A DNA stretch of 17,279 nt from Ginkgo biloba (taxonomy: Eukaryota; Plantae; Ginkgophyta), in the NCBI GenBank assembly GCA_024626585.2, contig JANKJI020000002.1:62426513-62443791 (forward strand), given 5' to 3'. Shown piece by piece: positions 9,970 to 17,279 of this stretch. The translations under genes and the position numbers were made by a program. A model generated the notes under the pieces. It worked only from the letters and a program-made list of their open reading frames with translations, had not been told where the DNA came from and searched no databases. Within the stretch, counting starts at the first letter, position 1, and every line of letters begins with the position of its first letter.

Positions 9970-12278
9970 GGTTAAAACCAATTTTCCAACGATTATTGTC
10001 TCCACTTAGTCGAGGATTGCATAGTTGTGAGCATTTCCTTAAATAGATCGTTCTTCCTCTACTCTAATATTAGTAAATCATCGCATTCAAGAGCAAGTAA
10101 TTTGGTGGAGTTTTTAGTAGTGTCAATTAATTTTCAAGGCATTATCTTTTTAGGTGTTTGGAAACACTCATTTTAATCTTAATCTCATTTAATTTAATCT
10201 AATTCTTAAAATGATATCTATTGCACATTGTGCATAATCTTTATAAATATTTTATAATACACTTTAAATTGCAAAAAATCTTCGAAAGCCTAGATTTATC
10301 TAAGGTCGCTTTTATTTTGTTTAGCTTATTTTTGACCCCTTCTAATACAATGTGATCAAAATATTCAACTTCTTTAGACTAAAATTGACTTTTGATTTTG
10401 TTTGACATAGAAGTCTATTTTGTTACTTCCACTTGGATTTGATGAAGATGTGCGTGTTAAGAGTTACTCTAGACCAATCTATCATAGAAAAATATCAAAG
10501 TTAATCTCTGCAAATGACAAGTATAATAACTATTTCATGATTGTTTGGAATGTTATAAAACTTGTAAATTCAAAGGGCATCACTTGAATACATAAATGAA
10601 TTTTTAGGGAAAGAAAGTTGCCTTAGGGGTGTCCTCTCCCTTAATGCAAATGTGGCAATAATATGTTTTTTTATCAAGGTTTTGTAAAGAGCATGTTGCC
10701 AATATGTAGTTCATCTAGCAGTTGTAAATTTGTCTATTGGTGCATATGATATTTACTTCCATCCCTAGAAGTTCTTGGATCGATCTCTCTATTTCATTTT
10801 CTGATGGTGTGCATGACAATAAGGTTTGTTGATAATTGTATTGTTGCCTAATTTAATTTCTTATTTGAAGTTAAGCCTAACAATGTATTTTTGGAAGAAT
10901 TTGGGTGTTTACCCATGTTTTGTTGTATCTCATGGTCTATAGTGGCTATTTGTGGCTTACTTTCCAATGGAGAACATGTAACAACCAAACTAAGCTAACC
11001 TAATTAATTTTTCCATTATATGGGATGAGATGGAGTTTATAGAGGTTGACATCCTTGAATTTGATATCTTTTCCCCTTCCATTTGAATCTTTTGACCATG
11101 TCATCTAGATTAGTCCNNNNNNNNNNNNNNNNNNNNNNNNNNNNNNNNNNNNNNNNNNNNNNNNNNNNNNNNNNNNNNNNNNNNNNNNNNNNNNNNNNNN
11201 NNNNNNNNNNNNNNNNNNNNNNNNNNNNNNNNNNNNNNNNNNNNNNNNNNNNNNNNNNNNNNNNNNNNNNNNNNNNNNNNNNNNNNNNNNNNNNNNNNNN
11301 NNNNNNNNNNNNNNNNNNNNNNNNNNNNNNNNNNNNNNNNNNNNNNNNNNNNNNNNNNNNNNNNNNNNNNNNNNNNNNNNNNNNNNNNNNNNNNNNNNNN
11401 CTTTCAAGTATTCGGTTCAATGTCAATGAATGTTTTTGTTATTCCTCGTGTTCTTTACTACCACATAGTCTTCCTCTAGTAGTGGTAGTTGTATGATAAA
11501 GTATGGTTTTAATTCTTCACAAGAGTGCCTTATTTATTACCTTTTTTTGCACCAAAAGCACAAACCCATCTTTTTGCATTCAACATATTTGGCATCAAAA
11601 AGTTCCTTTTCTACTAGTGGGGTATGGGCGAACTTTGGTGTGGGTATATTAAACCTCAATAGATTTACCCCCTTATTATGATTTGATGTGTTGTGTTTCA
11701 CATTTTGCATAATTTTTCATGACATAATCATTGACTAGTTAGTTGCGTTTTATTGTACAATGTATAATGAAGGCCATATGATACACTTGATTAACGTTAA
11801 TTGAGTTAGGGAATTGGTTAATTATTAATTAGAGTTAAATAAGATGAATTAAACAATTAGTTTTTATGGATTAGGCTCGCTAATCATAGAATTAACTAAT
11901 TTTATACCAATTGCTTTTTAAAATTTCTATAGAATCCTTGGATTAAGATTTTCCTCTTATTATTATAATAAAAGTATTTGAGAAATTAAAGAGAGTACAT
12001 TGGCATTCTCAAAGATTCTTTGCCTTGATTGTGAGAATTGACTTATGCAATATCTTTCTTCCAATAAAAAAGGTTCGTTCGGATTTCTATTGATATGACA
12101 AGGAGTTTGTTATATGAAATATCTCACACATTTAAGTATTCAATATGATTTTAGATTACAGATTCTTTGTACATAAATGTTCTATGCATGTAGTTAAATC
12201 TATACAAATTCTTGTTAGAGAAGGATTCTAACTTTGATTATTAATCCACGTGACAAACATTTAGTTGTTTTAAGACCA
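9970..12278 (-). mobile_element. Decayed Ty3/Gypsy (chromovirus-like) LTR retrotransposon: gag, Zn motif, (protease in gap), RT, RNase H
   Basis: Minus strand, in order: degenerate PBS (12278-12267); ATG TTT GTC ACG TGG (12260); '*ILKCVRYF' (~12140); 'KKMGLCFWCKKR**IRHSC' (~11575-11520); 'RFKWKGKRYQIQG' and 'ISSHIMEKLIR' (11090-10998); 'INKPYCHAHHQK-EIERSIQELLGM' (~10833-10760); 'LLDELH' (10721-10704); 'EDTPKATF' (10636-10613); 'VMPF' (10583-10572); 'IFFYDRLV*S' (~10495-10465; cf. VFFDDILVYS); 'EVEYFDHIV'; 'YYKIFI-DYAQ'; 'LECD' (~10090-10080); 'KEML....TKWRQ' (~10040-9996). Confidence 0.88.
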
Positions 12279-12589
12279 CAATTTAGAGTATGGATTTGAA
12301 GCATTATTAAAAGGCACATTAAATGCTTAGTTTTTTTTTTTCGTTTTTTCTTTTGAGTACATAACTCTTTTTTCTATAGAAGTTATTCGTTGTTACATCT
12401 CACCACATCATCCTAGGAAAAGCATAATTTGTCCCAAAATTTAAAAATTTGAAGGGAAAATTTCTTCTTGGGTTTGAACATTATTAGGAGAATTAAAGGA
12501 AGTCTTGGGCAACAAGCGATTCTCGAGGAATTTAAATCGCATCTGTTTTTGTGCATACAAATAGTATTTGATCTTCTTGTCATATTAAT

Positions 12590-12602
12590 TGATATTAGAG
12601 CC
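12590..12602 (+). other. Degenerate tRNA-iMet primer-binding site
   Basis: TGATATTAGAGCC matches TGGTATCAGAGCC at 11/13, and both differences are transitions (G>A, C>T). Confidence 0.4.
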
Positions 12603-13897
12603 TAAGATTTGGTTTTGTCTTTTCTAGCCTATGAATTTTTCGCGGGTTTAGTTTTTATTTTATTTTTTTACTGAAAAGGCTAAATTTTTTTATTACTTAT
12701 AGAATAATTACATATTATAATCATATCGTGTTATTTATCTCCTTTGTTATGGTTACAAAATGAGTAGCTATAATACAATACAAAATAAACAACACTATTG
12801 ACTCAATGAGTTTTGACATAAAATTGCCATATTTAGTAGCATACAAAATTCAANNNNNNNNNNNNNNNNNNNNNNNNNNNNNNNNNNNNNNNNNNNNNNN
12901 NNNNNNNNNNNNNNNNNNNNNNNNNNNNNNNNNNNNNNNNNNNNNNNNNNNNNAGTAAATGTTTTTTTTAAACATGCATTCTTTAGTACCAATAGTATAA
13001 ATTGAGTAGGAGTAAGTTACAAAATCCAAACCCATGGCAAGCACTATTAACTCTAAATATATGCATATTGATAAAACTAACAATTGATGAGTAATACACA
13101 TAACATAACATGTGCAAAATAGATTAATGTGTACTCCATTACAAAATCCCTATAGGATTTCTGTGTCAAATTATATATAGTTAACTATAATTCATACTCA
13201 TTCGAACACTTAGAAGTTCCACAAATGAAGAAAATATGACATGAATTAGTGTTCCATCATTTTTCATTCCCCTAAGTTTTCCATGACTTAAATAAAACCA
13301 TGTGAAGGAGTATTGTACTAATTTATGACCTATGCACTATTCTAACCTTGGTATTCTATTGACAATAAACATATGCTCATTAATAATGTTAATAATAATA
13401 TGTAGGTATTAATGATGTTCACATTAGAAAAAGTTTAAATTTGCATTTCAACACTTAAAGAAATTAAGTTTATACAATTTTTTTATCGATAGCTAGCTCT
13501 CCTTCTTTATGGTGTCAAAATGATGGAGAAAATTGATCTTCTCATGAGGTTTATTGTACTTCATTGCTTGATGTTTTTGAGATTTACTCTGAACCATTTC
13601 TAATTTGGAATATACATTATCTCCATCCATTGGGCTTAAAAACTACTATAATGAAGGTTATTGGTCGGATATTGTCTCAATCTGAACCATCTTTGAGGTA
13701 GGAATTATTTTAATATATGTTGGAGATAGACTTTATGTCATATAATATGAGGATAAGTAATACTAATTGGTTCAAAATTATGAATTGTTTCTCTGGTGCT
13801 AAATTTATTCTCGAATATATTGATGATATATGTCACTCGTAAGAATCACATCACCATAGTATTGATTTATTTCTTTTTTCTTATCCATATTCGGCAC

Positions 13898-14184
13898 CAG
13901 GGAAAATCTTAGTGGCTATATATAGCCATTTGGCTATTTTTTTCCAAGATTTCCAAAAATTAGATTCGCCAATAGGCAAAATTCCTCTAAAATATTCGCC
14001 ATAATTTCTTAATTTTAATGAAAAATATTAGCTTATTCGCCAAATTTATCATAAATTACTAGTAAAATATTTATTTTCCTAAGAGATTCGCCTATAATGT
14101 ATATATTACATATTTTATATATTAAAATTATTCGCCAATTATTTATATTTATAAAAAATAAGACAATCCTTAAGATTTTCCCTG
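13898..14184. mobile_element. 287-bp MITE with perfect 14-bp TIRs (hAT-like CAGGG ends)
   Basis: CAGGGAAAATCTTA (13898-13911) and TAAGATTTTCCCTG (14171-14184). Five ATTCGCC copies at 13964, 13994, 14035, 14086 and 14130. Perfect 16-bp palindrome TGGCTATATATAGCCA at 13913-13928. AT-rich and non-coding. No clean 8-bp TSD (ttcggcac vs aatgtggc). Confidence 0.8.
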
Positions 14185-15510
14185 AATGTGGCATGCTTCA
14201 AGGGATGTAGCCAAGGCTTGGCACTCTAATAGCTACATATGCAAGCCTTAGTGATCTAACGAAATATCACCTTTTATGGCGATGCAAATGAGCTCCAAGT
14301 CAACTTGGATCAAAAGCTTTCTTATGCTTTCATTGAGGGCCAATTTTAGTCCTCTGGCTAACACCCTAAACTCAACTTCATTGTTGGAGATAGTGCCAAG
14401 TCCCTTTAGAAAGCTAATTGAAATTAATCGATCCCATTTGCTTAGGACTCCTCATGCTTCTACTTTGCTTGGGATTTTCTTTTGAAGTCCCATTGAAGGA
14501 TAGTCTCCATGCTTCCTCCAAGATGAAGTCAACCTTAGGGTTTGAAATTTTCTTAGGGGTCATGGGACAAGCTTTTTTCATTTAAAAAGGGGTTGTGACA
14601 CCAAAGGTTTACACATGAAAGTATCCAAGGGTGTTAAGTGTTATGTAGTTCCTTACCTTTAGGAAGAGCCACTAATAGAAATTCCATTAAGAGCTTTCTA
14701 GCTTGGATCCTGCTCTCCTTTATAGATCACTTTATTTTTTGAAAGACATATTGTCTTGAACACAAATTTGGGCAAACTTCTCCACAATGTTTTGTAGACT
14801 AGCTTAGCTTGTAAGCTAGTGGGATATGTATTATCTTAGTCAATGATTACATTTGTGACTTTGTTAATGGAGCAATAAATGTTTGAGTTAATTCTTAAGT
14901 CCCTTGACACTATAGATGACACTTCCCTAATATATGTACATTGTACAAAAATGTTGTTAACCATTTCTTCATCTACATGGCAAAGGTGGCAAACTGAGGG
15001 ACCATGTAATCAATTTTTTTTTTTTTAGTTATCATATATGAGAAGTTATTTGTTCATCAACATTCAAAGAAGCATGCCAACCTTGGGGTTATAGGGGAAA
15101 GCCATATTTTCTTCTCTACCTTGTTTGTCAGATTAGCTTTAATCATCTTCGTTNNNNNNNNNNNNNNNNNNNNNNNNNNNNNNNNNNNNNNNNNNNNNNN
15201 NNNNNNNNNNNNNNNNNNNNNNNNNNNNNNNNNNNNNNNNNNNNNNNNNNNNNNNNNNNNNNNNNNNNNNNNNNNNNNNNNNNNNNNNNNNNNNNNNNNN
15301 NNNNNNNNNNNNNNNNNNNNNNNNNNNNNNNNNNNNNNNNNNNNNNNNNNNNNNNNNNNNNNNNNNNNNNNNNNNNNNNNNNNNNNNNNNNNNNNNNNNN
15401 NNNNNNNNNNNNNNNNNNNNNNNNNNNNNNNNNNNNNNNNNNNNNNNNTCGGTCCTCGTTGCCATGAGTGGTCCCATAAATTGACTTTACTACCCCTTCC
15501 TACCATCCAA
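14185..15510 (-). mobile_element. L1-type LINE ORF2 3' end: zf-RVT plus RNase H (RVT_3-like), pseudogenised
   Basis: Minus strand: 'WMVGRGSKVNLWDHSW' (15509-15462); 'KKIWLSPITPRLACFF'; 'HGPSVCHLCHVDEEMVNNIFVQC' (15006-14938); 'LWRSLPKFVFKTICLSKNKVIY'; 'AWRLSFNGTSKENP', frameshift, 'GVLSKW...FLKGLGTISNNEVEFRVLARGLKLALNESIRKLLIQVDLELICIAIKG', then 'LLECQALATSLEACHI' ending at the MITE TIR. Confidence 0.9.
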
Positions 15511-17156
15511 TTTTATTTTACTATTCTTGTTCTTCATCTAGTATCTTATTTAAACAAATACACAAAAAACAACTCTATACCTCCCAAGAAAAAAACACAC
15601 ATGGATGTACTAGTAGACGAGAGTAAAGCTTTGAAGAAATAGCGCTTATATCAATTGATATGGTTGGGATGCACTTACATTTTATGTTTGATCATGATTA
15701 GCTTATGTGATTTGCAACACTTGATAAGTTAGTAATCATTTTCTCTACATATTGATATCACATACATTCTACAATATCCTATTTTTATTAAAATGCATGA
15801 GTGTGCTGACTCCCTCTTTCCATAAGGGAGATTTAGCCCATTCTACTCCATCCCATGAACTACCCATGTAGAGAATAGGAAGGTACTCCTTATGGAAATG
15901 TTGGCCATAGAGGGTATTTTACCCCAACATCTAAAATATTTGAAGAAGGTAACTTGATTATTTCCTACATTATGCGAATACCTTAAAGGGTTTGAAATGG
16001 AATCTTTAGGTAAACTTGGCATAACTTGTGGATTAGACGACAAAATGGAAGAAACATTACAAGATGGATTCTACTTACATTTTGGCAATATCACTACTAA
16101 TTCTTATTATAAAAAGTTCAATTTTGGGGTTGACAATTAGCATAATATAACCATTTGTATAAATGTGTTATTCCTCTAATAGTTAATTTTCACTATTAGA
16201 TATCATTTCAAGATCTTGTGCCTATTGTAGCTCGCCATTGAATGCAGTCTTATGGTACTTTGGACGATGATAAGAAGCCATGAATGAAGGTACCTTAGTG
16301 GCCATCAATGACCATCCCCCTAATAATGACCTTGAAAGGAACATGAAAGCGTACTGTGTAAAGTACTATAAGACTATGTTTAATAGAATTAAAAAGTTGA
16401 CAAATACATGAATCACAAACAATCATGAATTATAAATACCTAAATTTGATAAACTCCATTATAACCAACATCTTACGTGCATATGTAACAATGACTATAA
16501 TACTGTATAATGGATTGTCAAAGGTTTTCCATTAAATAACTTCATATTTTATTCCTCTCAAAAGAAGGATCATGCATAAACACTCAAGGTCATGCTCGTA
16601 ATGGCTATATAGGCTTGATTTTTTTTTATAAATAGTCAAATTAATTCTATTCTACTTAACTCTTAAAAACCTCTATGATGTGTCTTTAGTGGGCTTGATG
16701 TTAGCGCTTGCTTGATCAACACTCCTTGACACTTCAAGATGGCTAAGCAAAACTTGAAAGCCTAAATACACGATGAGTAGTTCATTACAATATCTACTAT
16801 ATGGAACATTATGGGGGTTAGTGCATGGGATACATTAATATAAATAAAAAACCCAAAGATGGAAAGCAAATGGAAATAACAATATAAGACTAAAAACGTG
16901 GCAAGGAGATTGATCTTACCAAATAGATTCAAGTCTTATTGACGAGTGCACTTAGTCTTCTTCCCCTTTAAGATTGCTTGCAAAAGATAGACACACCAAA
17001 AGAAACTATAAATAAAGGCCTAAGGTACATTAGGATTATAAAACCCTAATGGAGAATAATTCTTCCATAGCCTTTTTAATGAGTTAAGAAGGATAAGACA
17101 AAGAAATAAATAAAAATGATTAAAGTCTTATTTAAAAGTTATTAAAAAACTAATAT

Positions 17157-17168
17157 GCTCTGATACCA
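17157..17168 (-). other. Perfect tRNA-iMet primer-binding site (TGGTATCAGAGC)
   Basis: The plus strand reads GCTCTGATACCA immediately followed by TGTTAAAA, i.e. minus strand ...TTTTAACA|TGGTATCAGAGC, a canonical LTR CA end abutting the PBS. Confidence 0.85.
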
Positions 17169-17279
17169 TGTTAAAAGAATAATTGTCTAATGTATGGATC
17201 TTTGTGATTCCTTGATATGATTGCAGGTTAGATGCTCAAATATAATATCAAATAATAATAAATCAATCACATAGCATTA
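17169..17279 (-). mobile_element. 3' end (U5) of the 5' LTR of an LTR retrotransposon, extending beyond the window
   Basis: Ends in ...AACA directly before the PBS. Superfamily is not determinable from this alone; no gag motif was recognised with confidence in 15500-17150. Confidence 0.7.

Noticed and set aside
12954-13897. Possible exon or TE coding sequence in an AT-rich stretch
   Set aside because: No recognisable motif in the frames I read. A faint 'WIR...NTMV' continuation of the RNase H just left of the MITE is too weak to call.
14276-14485. 69-aa plus-strand ORF as a gene
   Set aside because: It is the antisense shadow of the minus-strand LINE RNase H frame.

Overview
This is an AT-rich, gap-ridden eukaryotic (land-plant) nuclear scaffold, not a prokaryotic locus. 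It holds one credible host-gene fragment: a GT-AG-type terminal exon at 6858-6929 (+) encoding VAAGAVLGFIIAYLLHLTSRYSS*, which resembles the last exon of plant DUF212 (acid phosphatase/vanadium-dependent haloperoxidase-related) genes, followed by a probable 3' UTR. No upstream exon is visible, so the first ~6.8 kb is probably one long transposon-filled intron. The rest is mostly decayed mobile DNA: two or three L1-type LINE remnants (one carrying zf-RVT plus RNase H), a deletion-riddled Ty3/Gypsy gag-pol fossil, PPT/LTR/PBS remnants, a 287-bp MITE with 14-bp CAGGG TIRs that cuts the LINE RNase H, and a 145-bp plastid 23S rRNA fragment (NUPT). Most ORFs in the supplied track are gap artefacts or shadows of these fossils. 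I found no convincing evidence of a new biological system. The least explained items are a degenerate palindromic ~35-45 bp array (1238-1440) and a 1.7-kb non-pol, coding-like region upstream of a PPT-LTR. All family calls come from motif recognition by eye, not from database searches.
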